Below are positions 51,289 to 63,926 of a DNA stretch of 64,000 nt, piece after piece (the stretch's first letter is position 1; each line of letters starts with the position of its first letter). A program made the translations under genes and the position numbers. The notes under the pieces are model-generated. The model had not been told where the DNA came from. It worked only from the letters and a program-made list of their open reading frames with translations, and ran no database searches. The stretch is from Octopus sinensis (taxonomy: Eukaryota): the NCBI RefSeq assembly GCF_006345805.1, contig NC_042999.1, positions 130,448,001 through 130,512,000 on the forward strand, in the 5' to 3' direction.

Positions 51289-52231
51289 CTGAAAATACAC
51301 AACAAATGACATCAAGTTTATCTCTAAAGATTTTCTATAGAATGTAGAGCCAGCACTGAAAGTTATGATGCTTCATATACATCTAAATAAACAATGTAAT
51401 CAAAAACAGAAAAATGGGTAATGAGTGCATATGCATATTTCAGGAGTTATTGTTCTTTCTTCAGTATCACATCCAACCCATTAACTATCCTTAAATACAT
51501 TGCTTAAATAACCACTAAGTTTAGTAATGTAACACTATTGAATAAACCAATTTACATATTAAACACATTCCTGGCAACTGGTTTGTTCATATTAATGAAA
51601 ACAATGCACTGATAATACAAAAGTAGAACACAGCATTGACTTATAAACCTTTAGTATATTTGGTAGTGTATTATGGTTGCAAAACAAAATATGGTCCTTA
51701 CCAGCAATTAACAACAATTGACATATTAACCCTTTAGTATCTAGATTACTCTGTCAAATGTAATGCTTATTTACATTGTTTTGAATATAATATGCATTAT
51801 TTTGTAGCATCAATGCTGAGACAGTGTATTTTTAGAATGACATTGTAGGGTAGATGTAAGAAGTCAGATCTGACCATTTTGAATATAAAACATGAGAATA
51901 TTTGGGCCAGATATTGCTAGTTTAAATATTAAAGGGTTAAGAGTATTGAACCTGTCATTGTTTCCTTTTGTCAAGACTAAAAACATTGATTTTAAGAAAC
52001 TTAATTGGTAGGTTAAGTTAGAAATCATTTAATTTAATAGAATCTTGGGAACAAATGAGAATACTTTCTTGGAATGTTTTGCCCAGTCAGATAGTACTTA
52101 GAAATCTGGCACTATGTTTATTGTCTATAATTAAATTTTTGGTGGGTAGTACAAGATAAAATCAGAACTTTATTTCGAATGAAAAATATTAGTTGTAAAA
52201 TACAAAATGATACTCTTAAAGGTTTGCATTT

Positions 52232-52653
52232 ACTCTCTCTCTCTTTTACTCTTTTACTTGTTTCAGTCATTTGACTGCGGCCATGCTGGAGCACCGCCTT
52301 TAGTCGAGCAAATCGACCCCGGGACTTATTCTTTGTAAGCCCAGTACTTATTCTATCGGTCTCTTTTTGCCGAACCGCTAAGTGACGGGGACGTAAACAC
52401 ACCAGCATCGGTTGTCAAGTAATGCTAGGGGGACAAACACAGACACACAAACATATACACACACACTTATATATATATATACATATATACGACAGGCTTC
52501 TTTCAGTTTCCGTCTACCAAATCCACTCACAAGGCATTGGTCGGCCCGGGGCTATAGCAGAAGACACTTGCCCAAGATGCCACGCAGTGGGACTGAACCC
52601 GGAACCATGTGGTTGGTTAGCAAGCTACTTACCACAAAGCCACTCCTGCGCCT
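52232..52653 (-). mobile_element. Full-length tRNA-derived SINE family A
   Basis: tRNA-like head (GTGGTAAGTAGC...GGTTCAGTCCC), central (TA/TG)n, (GTAAAAGA)n tail; near-TSD tttgcattta/tttgtattta. Confidence 0.92.
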
Positions 52654-53561
52654 ATTTGTATTTATTTATTTTTTTACCCAACTGAAATTTAAATAATTGT
52701 AAATAGTTTAGTAAAATACTTTTCATAAATAATAAGTTTACATTCTCCTGCAAGATGCTGCATGATGAAATAAGACCAAATCATACAAAATATATCAAAC
52801 TCCAAACAAGATAGTAAAACCCAAAAAATGATTTAATCCAAATAACTGCAATTTTATCATAAAGCTCTATTTTACAAGTTTATTGCATGACTTTAAATTT
52901 AAGGCATTATTCAGGTAGTTTTTCAGGCTGAATTTATGACCTACAGTATAGACAGGCTAATAAGCAGGCAAATTTCTTGAAGCTTTTTTGGTTACCTGAC
53001 TAACATGACTGAACAGTCCAGTGTTAGTTTTTATGTTATAAAAATCAGTTTGCTGGAGAAAATATTTCATCACTGCTCATCCTGCATAACTAGTGTATAT
53101 CCTTGCATGTTGAAGGGCATATCTACATGAGTTCATAGTATGCTGTTCAATGTCAGTGAAATCTGGTTTCAAAATATCAAATACAGGCACAACACCAGCT
53201 TCGTGGATGCTGATAGTCCAGAACCTCTTATAATCTACACTAATTTGTGAGCCGGAAATTCAAATTCCTGCAACTGATAGACTAGTTTACTGGTACCTTG
53301 CACCGTACAGTATTAATAAACTTATATCATTTATATTAATGTATAGGTACCTGTATTTCATTTAATTACTTAAATAAATTTAATGTTTGTTTAATATAGA
53401 GTGTGTTAGCCAAGGTGACCAACCCTAGCTTGGAAAACAAAATCAGTAGTCAAGAAAGGCTTTGGAACAAAAGGTTCTGGAAAATCAATGTTATACTTGT
53501 ACTAAAACAATCTCACTTAAAGTAGCAGCATCGTGATTGGATGACCATCTTATCATTAGCA

Positions 53562-54060
53562 TCATCATCATCATCAATTAGCAACTGTTTTCCATGCTGG
53601 CATAGATTAGATGGTTTGACCGAAACTGATAAGCCAGAGAGTTGCACCAGGGTTCAGTCTGTTTTAGCTTGATTTCCACAGTGGGATACACTTTCTAACA
53701 TCAATCACTCCATAGAGTGTACTGGATGTCTTTCACATGTCACTGGCATGGCTACCTCTCGTGTATCACTGGCACCGTTCTGGTGGCACTGGCTCAGATG
53801 CCTTTCGAGTGTCACCAGCATGGGTGCCTTTCATGCGTCACCAGTATGGGTGCCTTTTGTGTGTCACCAGCACAGGTGTTTCTCACTTGTCACTAGTACG
53901 GGTACCTTTCACATGTCACCAGCATGAGTACCTTTCACATGTCACCAGCACAGGTGCCTTTCATGTACCACTGGCACGGGTGCCTGTCGCATATCACTGG
54001 CACAGGTGCATTTCATGTGGCACCAGCACATGTGCCTTTCACATGTCATCAGCACTGGCC
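53562..54060 (-). mobile_element. Family D repeat with expanded 26-bp minisatellite
   Basis: (GAT)n tail at about 53562; 26-bp units such as gtcaccagcatgggtgcctttcatgc from about 53730 to 54060. Confidence 0.8.
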
Positions 54061-54319
54061 AGAAAACATGTACCTGAAGAAACCACTTTGATACGTTACT
54101 TGTCAATGATGTCATCAGTTGGAGAAATCTAACCTACAGTGGTTTCATCAAAGGTGGTTAACAAAGATGCTTAGATTCCAAGTGAATAGTACTGACTCTC
54201 AAAGAGAAATGTTAAGGACTACAAAACATCAATACTATGTTGTATAATATTAAAGCAGATTTTGATGCTCATAAGGAAATGGTTGGAAAAGTGCTATGAA
54301 AGCAACAATAATGATAGAC

Positions 54320-54440
54320 GTGGTGGTGGTGGTGGTGGTGGTGTGGTGGTGGTGGTAGTAGTAGTAGTAGCAGCAACAGCGGTAGCAGTTAGTAGTAGAT
54401 GTAGTGGTGGTGATAGTGGTAGTAGTAATAGTAGTAGTAC
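54320..54440. repeat. (GGT)n/(AGT)n trinucleotide repeat
   Basis: Visible directly. Confidence 0.9.
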
Positions 54441-54696
54441 TAGCTGGACCCATGAAAAATTCACGTAATACATAAAAAATGTAAGCATCTGTAAATTGTG
54501 TGCTGGTGCCATGAGAAATGTTTCTATATTGCAACAGTTACAGAATATAGAAAGAAGAGTAAAACCAATAACTATATAATCCAACTAAAATATCTCAGTT
54601 ACGCAAACATAAACAGAATTATTATTTAACCTTAAAATATATCGCACATATTCAAAGAATCTTCTTGGTTTAGTGGTACGGAACGTTCTTCTGGTA

Positions 54697-55010
54697 TTCT
54701 TTTATTCTTTTACTTGTTTCAATTATTTGACGGTAGCCATGCTGGAGCACCACCCTTGAGTCGAAGAAATTGACCCCTGGACTTATTCCCTGTAAGCCTG
54801 GTGCTTATTCTATCAGTCTCTTCTGCCGAACAGCTAAGTTACGGGGATGCAAACACACCAACATCAGTTGTCAAACAATGGTGGTAGGGGACAAACAGAC
54901 ACAAACAGAAACACATAAAAATATATATATATGACGGGCTTCTTTCAGTTTCCACCTACCAATTCACTCACAAGGCTTTGGTCAGCCCAAGGATATAGAA
55001 AACACTCTTT
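54697..55010 (-). mobile_element. SINE family A copy
   Basis: Similarity to 52232-52653. Confidence 0.85.
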
Positions 55011-55529
55011 AAAGTATAGAGTTGAATTTCGTGTAGCCACCTGTTGGTAACTTTTTCTCTCAACCCATTTTGTAGGGGTATTACCCATTTTCCTGGGCTC
55101 TTTTCACAGCTATACCCTATTTGAAATTTGCATTAGTTTTTATGTGAAAAAAAAGAGGAAGGGAGTGGAGGCTTGTTTGAAGTTTGTAGAGAAAATGTTA
55201 ACCGTACCTGAAAAAAAACATGGTCTTTCCCCTCCAACTAAAAGACATGAAGAACTATGAAAGAAGGTAAATAAGTACCAGGGGTGGGGGAAAGAAGAGA
55301 GAACTAACAGTCGATTGTTCTAGAACTCCCAGAATAAAAACGTAAACACCTGAAAGACTTACCCTCTATTCATTACTAAATGTCTTTCCCTCTTCTTCAT
55401 TGTTAAAAGTAAAGAAGCTAGAAAAGACTGATCATATTTCAGTCTAATAGTCCTTGTAGATGACTGAGGCTTTCCTTTCTCTGTCTCTACCATTTCACTC
55501 CTTTTCTCTATGGTTAAGAGAGTGAAGGT

Positions 55530-55830
55530 GATTGGCTCAGTGGTTAGGGGTATTCTGCCCACGATCATAAAGTCACAAGTAGGATTCACTGCAGTGTGCT
55601 GTGCTTTTGAGAAAGGTACTCTACTTCACCTTGCTGCAGTCCACTCAGCTGGCAAAAATGAGTTATAGCTGTAATTCAAAGGGGCCAGCCTTGTAACATT
55701 CTGTGTAAGGCTGAATCTCTCCTTATCTCTGTGGAGTATTCAGCCACTTGCATGTTAATTTTATGAGCAAACCGTTTGTTGATTAGAAAAACAGGAACCT
55801 CGTCGTCGTAACCAATTGAGTGCCATTTTT
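55530..55830 (+). mobile_element. tRNA/CORE-like SINE copy
   Basis: Same family as 48385-48712; a partial copy also at about 56098-56260. Confidence 0.75.
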
Positions 55831-56578
55831 TTCAGTGACAGAAAAGGAAATGTTCCATATCACAAGGCAAAAATGTCATCTGAGAAGTGAAAGCTAAGAC
55901 AAAGTAATTACTATTCCATCATGTATTCGCCCTCGATTCAACCTGCACATCAGTGTTTATCTGGGGGCTTGGTCTCCACATTGGTGAGACCCACAAATGC
56001 CACTGTTAGGACCAGATTAATACCCATAGTAACCCTAATGACTAAATAGAGTTTCCTGCCCCAATATAGGACCTTTTTTTCGTTTTCTTCCAACCACTTG
56101 AGATTTATCTTGCTCTAGTCCACTCAGCTGGCCAAAATGAGTTGTAGCTGTAATTCAAATGGACCAGCCTTGTCATATTCTGTGTGAGACTGAATCTCCC
56201 TGAGAACTATGTTAATGATATGCATGTCTGTGGAGTACTCAGCCACTTGTAAGGTAATTTTATCCTCATCTGGTAATGAAAAGTGAAAGTGACATCCAAT
56301 ATTTGCTGTATTTATGTATCTATAACTTTTCTTTCGATCTATGTATTTCTCTTTCTCCTTCACTTCTGTGTCCCTCTTCTCCCCCACTTTTAATTTAACA
56401 ATGTGTGTATGTATCTCTGTATCAACTTTACTTTGGATCTATGTATCTACTTTTCTTGCAATGTAATAAACGTTTAAAAACACAATATGAACACCGTCAC
56501 CACCCTCTTTCTCTCTCACTCACTCTTACTTCTTCTCTGAAACATTTAAAAACACAAAACAAACGTCATCACCACTCA

Positions 56579-56581
<3 letters not shown>

Positions 56582-56653
<72 letters not shown>
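56582..56653. repeat. (CT)n microsatellite
   Basis: Visible directly. Confidence 0.95.
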
Positions 56654-56656
<3 letters not shown>

Positions 56657-56997
56657 ATATTACTTCCTCTCTGTCCTCCTCTCTCTTGCTTTGCCACTCG
56701 CTTCTCTGAAGTGTGACACACACCACAGGTACGAACAAAAACAAGCACAACCAAGCGTATTAATATTATTAATAAGTAGTAGTAGTTGTAGTAGCAGCAG
56801 TACTGTGACAGCAATTTAACATCTAGTCTGGCCAGTTTTAATCAACATATCAAGTTTTATTTGACACTTTGACTCAAAAATCTACATTGTGATAACTTAC
56901 AACATTTTAAAAACCTTTTTTTTCTTTTTAATTTAAAATGAAAACAAAAGAAAAAATAACGAATTGTTCGAATAATGAATTAAACAGAATCAGGTAC

Positions 56998-57165
56998 CTG
57001 CTTGCTTTTCTTAGACTAAGCTGGTTCAAGTTATAGGGAGCTATTAAATTATGTTTAACTGGTAGTGTATCACTTGGATATGTGCAGTTGGGTGGATTAC
57101 CGACCGTAATCACAGTAACAGTCCCTTCAGTTTGACTGGACACAGATCGGACTTCTTTTTCAGGC
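56998..57165 (-). CDS. VEPH1: VEPH1 exon
   Basis: PEKEVRSVSSQTEGTVTVITVGNPPNCTYPS...; phase 2-2 fits both neighbours; donor GTACCT is weak. Confidence 0.8.
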
Positions 57166-57689
57166 CTTTAATACAAGACAACAGTGGGGAAAACAAATAA
57201 TAGTATTTTGAACTGATAGAATCTTGTGTAATCAACATTAAAAAATACATATATACAATATGAAAAAATCTCCAAAATACACAAACAAAATATTCACACA
57301 TACCATTACTGTCATCAGAAAAGATATCATGACTAACGTCAGCAAATACAACAATAATGCTATCATCATCATCTACAATATCATCATTAACCTCAACTTA
57401 TATCCATTTCTAAAGTTGTCATGGATTACATACACCTTCATTCAGTATATCCCTATACGTTACAATACAAAGTGGTTTCAGTAGTAAAGTTTACAATAAA
57501 AATTTACAACTGAAATCTAATAAAGAATACTAATTCCAATTTTTATCAGTTATATTCAATTTCTCAATTAGCTACTGGTTTGGATTCCTGGCTCTCACCC
57601 AGGTGGCTCAGGTTTGATTCCTGGCATGGGAATGCTATGCTTTTTGTACTCAAGAAGACCCACCCACTACAACAGAATTGAGATATTAA

Positions 57690-57895
57690 AACCAAGGTGC
57701 CATGTAAAAAGCATCGGTAATGGTGCCATGTAGAAAGCACCCAGTACACTCTGGCTGGCATTATGAAGGGCATCCAGCTGTAGAAACCAAACCAAACAGA
57801 CTATGGAAGATGCTGTAGCCCCTGCTCAAGCCAGTTCTTGTCAAGCTGTCCAACCCATGCCAGCATAGAAAACTGACATTGATGATGATGATGAG
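57690..57895 (+). mobile_element. Family D repeat with (GAT)n tail
   Basis: Similar to 44390-44565. Confidence 0.75.
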
Positions 57896-58073
57896 TAGGA
57901 TCTCAGCTGGCCTAGAGAGGTCTGTGGTGTAAACTGCAAGAACACTATAAATAATATTTTATTAACTCACAAAATTGAGTTCAGATCCTTCACTGGGACT
58001 TATCTCAGTGATAAATTGCTGGTGTGGTATAAACAAAGCCAGTGGCTTATTTATGCTCAAAAGGCTTGGGTAC

Positions 58074-58116
58074 TTCTGGCTGATGAGACACATATTGAAA
58101 CACCAGTGTCCCGGAA
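58074..58116 (+). ncRNA. Type-I hammerhead ribozyme motif
   Basis: UUCUGG-CUGAUGA-GACACAUAUU-GAAA-CACCAGUG-UC-CCGGAA: intact core, 6-bp stem I, stem III ACAC/GUGU, weak stem II. Confidence 0.7.
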
Positions 58117-58689
58117 TTCCTTGCAGCAATGAGTTGAGTGTGTTATGATCATACTATCATCATAAAAGTGTAAAGTTGTTCCCCTGTGGCATACACAACA
58201 GCAACTAGCATTTGAATGTGTTGGAACATATTAAGAATAACTGAGTAAATCATTGTAGTAAATCTCACTGTACACAGTGCAGATAATGATTTTTTAACCT
58301 TTTTTTTTCATTTCAGTGCAACATCATACAACAGAATTTCGTTAATACTGTCTATAACAGACAGTTGTAACCATCTTGCCTTTATAATAGAATATCATCA
58401 CAAACAGAAAAATAGGGATTAACCAGACTAGCTTCAATATTGCATTGAGATTTCATCAGTGGTTGGCATTAGGAAGGGCATCCAGCTGTAGAAACATTGC
58501 CAGATTAGATTGGGGCCTGGTGCAGCCGTTGCTCTCCAGACCTCAGTAGTAGGAAAACTATCTAATTCACAATTTCATTCACTGAATTCAAGTTCTCCAG
58601 CGGACATGGGCAATTACAAAAGTATTCAAACTATAGCGCTGTTTTAATAATTCTTATCACTAAAGTGTACTTGATATGAATAGACTCAC

Positions 58690-59021
58690 GTGCTTCCACT
58701 AAGATGAATGTCTCCTTCAGAAAATGTAACAAATTTTTTCCGCAGCTCCTCACCCTCAAACGAAACATACTTTTTACGCATCTCTTCTGTCTCTGGGCAT
58801 GTTGCACTTCGCTTCTTTAAGTCTTCACGTAACTGATGCAAAAGGTCAGCAACATAAGGTTTGTTTTGACAATGTTTATTGATTTCTGGCATGTGTTGGC
58901 CCAAAAGATGAGGAGAGGATGCTGCAATCATCTTCAAGCCATTTAAGTACAATGGAAGGGTAGTTTTGTCAGCATTTGGCAGCTGTCCCATGAAGTACTG
59001 TAGACTACGTTTAGCATCATT
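58690..59021 (-). CDS. VEPH1: VEPH1 exon
   Basis: NDAKRSLQYFMGQLPNADKTTLPLYLNGLKMI...; resembles VEPH1 ARSCLTYLVSQL as recalled; phase 0-2; GTGAGT donor. Confidence 0.92.
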
Positions 59022-60444
59022 CTGTCAAAATTGAAATAAAACAAATTGAAACAAAACAAAACAAACAAAAAATCACCAGACATTCTTCATTTTCTTTCTT
59101 TAAAAGTTAATTAATTTTGACAGATTCCCTTCTAGGCATTTTCTTTTTATTGCTGCTTTTACATTAACCTTTAGTTGGCAAGGTTTAGATAATTCAGTAA
59201 TGCATTGTTGCTGAAAATTTCTTTTGTAACTGTAACCACTTGACTTATTGTATTAAGAGTTGTTCTTGTCACTAAAGTGAAATTCAAACCACAAATGAAT
59301 GTTATCACTTGTAGAAATAATTTCTGATATAAAGGTTAGTCTCTATATTAAATATGAAGTGCCAATAATTAGCAACAAACAATTGCCACACTTGTGGAAT
59401 ATATATAATTCATTTGTTTTACATTTGAATTTCTGTGGCCGATGCCAGTGGCATCTGTGCCAGTGGTATATAAAAAACACTATTCAAGCGTGGTTGAGAC
59501 CATGATTTTATAATCACAAGTACAATTCTCTAACCACTAGGCAACATGCCTTCAACACAAATACTTATTACTGAGGCATTATTTTACAGCCAGATACCTT
59601 TCCTGTTGCTGACTCGTACCTGCTTTTTAAGTAAGGGATTCTTTTATCCCACTTGCCAACAGATGCATGGAGCTACAGGAGAATTTGTTCACACTACAAT
59701 ATGTCATAATTGTTGGCATTTTTTTTACATATTGCCTGTTTGGTGATAGAAAAGGCATCCAGCCATAGGCAATAAACCAACCAATTTAAATGTACAGGTG
59801 AGATGTTAACTCCACAAGTTTCATCACAAGGTACAAGGACAGCAATTCTAAGAACTGATACAGAGGAGAGAGAACTCAATAGTCCTTCTGTATTGAACAA
59901 CCATTCGAGAAGCAACTGCACACTAAAATACACCTAGCTGACCGGTGACAGGAAAGACATCCAACAGCAGAAACCATGCAAAAAGGAAACATGAACTATG
60001 AACACTACAAGCCACCTGTTTAGAAAGGTAATAACTCCAAATAAGAGAGCTGGTACAGAGTAAAGAGAATTCTTAATCCTCTCACATGGGGCAACCTCTC
60101 ATACTGATAGCACAAAAAAATGCATACAACCAACACTGTAAGACATACATGACAATTTCTGGGTGTGTCAAATGACATGGACCATAATGGACTGACCCAT
60201 GCCAGCATGGAAAAGCAAGCATGAAAGGATGAAGACAATGGTGATTATGATACTTAGCTCTAAGTCAAACATGATTAAGCAGATTTATGAATAAGGCATT
60301 CAACCATGATATATCATCTTATTTTCTATAAGTGTACTCAAGACTAGGACTACACCATCCTGAAGGATGCAGTATTGTTTGAAGGAAATGTAGCTGCTAT
60401 TTCTAGCAGCTTGAGTGACCATGTAGATGCTTCTTCATTTAGCC

Positions 60445-60838
60445 AAATGAGATCGTAGCCGTGGCCGATGCCAGTGTCACATAAATGACCTTTTTAAAAG
60501 TACCTTTCAATCATCGGGCAAGATGTTGTGCTTGAGAAGACCTGTTGAGTCAAGTGAAATCGTAGTCGTGGTCGGTGCCTGTGCCAGTGGCATGTAAAAA
60601 GCATCATTCGAGCGTGGTTGATGCCAGTGCCACCTGACTTTCTCCCGTGCCAGTAGCACATAAAAAGCACCCACTACATTCTCAGGGTGGTTGGTGTTAG
60701 GAAGGGCAACCGGCTGTAGAAACCTTGCCAGATCAGATTGGAGCCTGGTGCAGCCTCCTGGTTTGCCAGTCCTCGGTCAAACCATCCAACCCATGCCAGT
60801 ATGGAAAGTGGATGTTAAACGATGATGATGATGATGAC
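60445..60838 (+). mobile_element. Family D repeat (RTE 3'UTR-like) with (GAT)n tail
   Basis: Closely matches 44230-44565. Confidence 0.85.
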
Positions 60839-60859
60839 TCCACAGGGTGTGTAGCTCAG

Positions 60860-62762
60860 AGATTGGAGTCGTTCAAAATCAAGCCATTACTTCTCCACAC
60901 AGAGAGGTCAGGGTTGTTTAGGAGGAGAATCTCCTTCCATTAAGACTTCAGAAAAAAACTATTTCTGGCATTTTCTCTCTCACTTTGCTTAATTTAGGCT
61001 TTCTGGACACACTTTCTTCACTCTTCACACTTGCAGGTTGATTCATTAGAGACATATAAAAAGAAGTTTGCTTTTTCCTGCCTTTCAAAATGCTACAAAA
61101 ATGTGCCAGAGCAGTGTCATTAAATAAAGCAGCTGCACAACCTGTAGATACTTTTACAGGATGATATTTTTCTACAAATTCAAAAGCATACTGCCACTTT
61201 GCTCACACTGTCTTTATGTCACTCGTAAGATAGCCTTCTCCACTACACTGTCCTCCCCAGGGGAACCAATCTTTTCCACCACATCCGAATGCTGCTGCTC
61301 TTCTGAGTGCAAGTCCATATTGATGACTTTTTTTGGCAGTTAACAATGTTGTAGTGCTCCTTCCAAAACTCACAAAGAGTTAGATTTGTATTTTTGGTGA
61401 CTTCAAAGCACCAACAAAACAGACGTTTGGTGTACAATTTCTTAAAATTAGAAATCACCTGTTTGTCCATGGGCTGCCAGATAGGGATGGTGTTGAGTGA
61501 AAGGTATAGAACTTTTATGAATTTAAGTTTGTCCATGATATCATCTTTGAAGTAAGGAGGGATTTTCTTGAGAAGAAAATCATTCTCCAGAAGGTACTTT
61601 CTCATTGCTGGTCTGAAGATAAGGTTGACCCACTTGGTGAAGAACTGCCTGGTGCACAAGGCTTTAATGTTTGCCCGCTACATGACCTGCAGCTTCTCCT
61701 TCATGATTCTGTGCAACTTGAATGCTCATGGGTTTTCGGAATGGTAGACAAGGAGTGACTTAATCTTCATGTCTCAACTCACACTGGTACAAAAAGTGAG
61801 AGTTAGCCTGTCTTTCATAGGCTGGTGGCCTGGCATTTTCTTCTCTTCTGCTGTTATGTAGGTTCTTCTGGGCATTTTTTTCCCCAAAAAATACCAGTTT
61901 CATCACAGTTGCATACCTATTGTGTGATATTCCTCTTGGCTGCAATGAGCTGACGGAATTCACACACAAAATCCTCAGCTGCCTTCATGTCAGAACTTGC
62001 TGCTTCTCCATACCTGATGACACTATGAATACCAGTCCTCTTTTTGAAATTATCAAACCAGCCACAACTGGCCTTAAAAGCCTCTGCTAATGTCTCCTCT
62101 GTCAATGTTCCAGGGTTCTGCTTCAAGAGATCCCCATACAGTGCTTGTGCTTTCTCACAGATGATGGTCTCTATAATCATATCCCCTGTGAGTTGCTTCT
62201 CATTGATCCACAGGAGAAGCAATTTTTCCATTTCTTTGTGGACAGATGTGTGTTGCTTAAAGAGCCTGGAGACACCCTTTTGCTGTTGTAACAGCCTTGA
62301 TCTCGTCCTTTTTCTTCAGATTGTCGACGTGCTATGTCCACTACATGCACTCCTCTCTCTTTATCAATGATTTCCTTCTTCAATTCTATTGTAATCAGCT
62401 TTTTCTTCTTCTCAGCACTGTCTTTTGCACTAATCTTCTTAAGACCCATGGTGAACACAACTAATTATCATAAAATAATAGCAAAAAAAAACACACACAA
62501 AACTAAAAAAAACACTGGGACAAACACAACAGAGATGTTGACATAAGATAAACATGTGAGCTGAGCAAGCAGAGACTACACTTGAGCAGAGACTGCACTT
62601 GAGCAGAGACTGCATTCAAGCAGAGACTAGCAGCTGCTTGTATGAAACTCATTCATACTGTGGATTTCCACTTGTACTTCAAGAAAAAAATTTGCATGGG
62701 CCTTGGCTCATACAGAAAATTACTCATACAATAGTGCACTTATACTGCAAGGTTCTACTGTA
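60860..62762 (-). mobile_element. Tigger/pogo DNA transposon, pseudogenised (ATG at 62449)
   Basis: KKKLITIELKKEII, MEKLLLLWINEKQLTGD, FKASCGWFDNFKKRTGIHSV...GEAASSD, WQPMDKQVISNFKKLY; terminus TA-CAGTAGAACCTT at 62762; other TIR not found. Confidence 0.9.
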
Positions 62763-62996
62763 TTTAGTACATGCTCTGCAGCCTAATAACCAAACATTCC
62801 AATATTTATCCTTCAATTTTTAGAACTTACTTATACTCATTCATCTTCCAGGGAACTGCTTTCAGTATTTCACCATCTACTTACCTTCAATTAATTCAAT
62901 ACAGTAAATAGTTTTAAGTATTTCTAAGTATTTTAAAATTTTAAACCATTTGTTTGCAGTAATCCTTAAAGTTTGTTGCTAAAGTAAGTTTCTTAC

Positions 62997-63206
62997 CTCA
63001 CTAAGAGTAGCAATGCTTCCAATGATAGCAACTGCAGGTTCTGTGTAGACAGGGTAAACAGTGAGTAATGTCTGCAAGGCAGTAACATAAGCCAACAGCG
63101 AGCGAGGATTCACACTAGCTATGTCCACGAGAATGTTCAAAACTGTTGGAGCCATTTCTGGCTGCTTTAGGTAATCACAAAACACAGGAACATATGGCTG
63201 CAACAG
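62997..63206 (-). CDS. VEPH1: VEPH1 exon (most 5' exon in the window)
   Basis: LLQPYVPVFCDYLKQPEMAPTVLNILVDIASVNPRSL...; resembles VEPH1 IILNILIEIAVYEP as recalled; phase 0-0; GTAAGA donor. The 10 exons sum to 1731 nt, open to the stop. Confidence 0.92.
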
Positions 63207-63926
63207 CTAAAAGTAAAAAGAATACAAAATATAATACCCAGTAGTAAAAAAACATACAATACATAATAAATTCATCACCCTTGCCATAACCAATATTATC
63301 ATCATCCAACATTATAGGTTAAATACATGTGTTTCTGCAGTACCTTGGTATTATGCACTCAAGTGGCCAGCCTCAAATTGCAATCACTAGTCTGAGGTAT
63401 ATAAACAAAGTGTAAAGTCTATCTGTTGATGTATAACAGCACCATGGAGGAAGAGAATTGAATTTTGAGTTATATGCAGCTCTAATAATGTAAACATTAT
63501 TGATGTCACATACTTACTGTATGTGTTATATTTATGCACTCATTAGCTGTGGAACAGGATCAGAGGGAAAAGTCCCTTTAAGATACTAAGTGTTAAAACA
63601 TTGAATACTTCAAACCAAGTGAGTCAACTCATCCCATAGGGGATTGAGAAATATAGATACTGATATTTTGCTGTTTTTGCAGCCCATTGGCATTGTGCAA
63701 TTGAGTCACCACAAAACAAATTGCAATTGCTGGTCTGATGTTTATATGCAAATAGTGTAGAATCCATCTGCTGATGTACAACAGTGCTGCATAAGTAAAA
63801 CAAAGTTAAAATTTTGTATTTCAACAAAGCCATTGAGAAATATAATTCAAAACAGCAAGACTAAATACAACAGTAAGTACAAGAACATTTATACAGGAAA
63901 AAAGTGATAATAATAATAATTATACA

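Noticed and set aside
53730-54060. CRISPR-like regular repeats
   Set aside because: Contiguous diverged tandem units with no unique spacers and no cas genes; eukaryotic context
54250-54584. Possible extra VEPH1 exon (…RNISHGTSTQFTDAY…)
   Set aside because: No donor giving the required phase 2; the ORF runs into a trinucleotide repeat; the flanking exons already join in phase
56720-56790. Possible exon after a tcacag acceptor
   Set aside because: Stop codon in the required frame; low-complexity sequence
62004-62040. CTGATGA…GAATAC…GTC
   Set aside because: Lies inside the Tigger coding sequence; no GAAA and no stems
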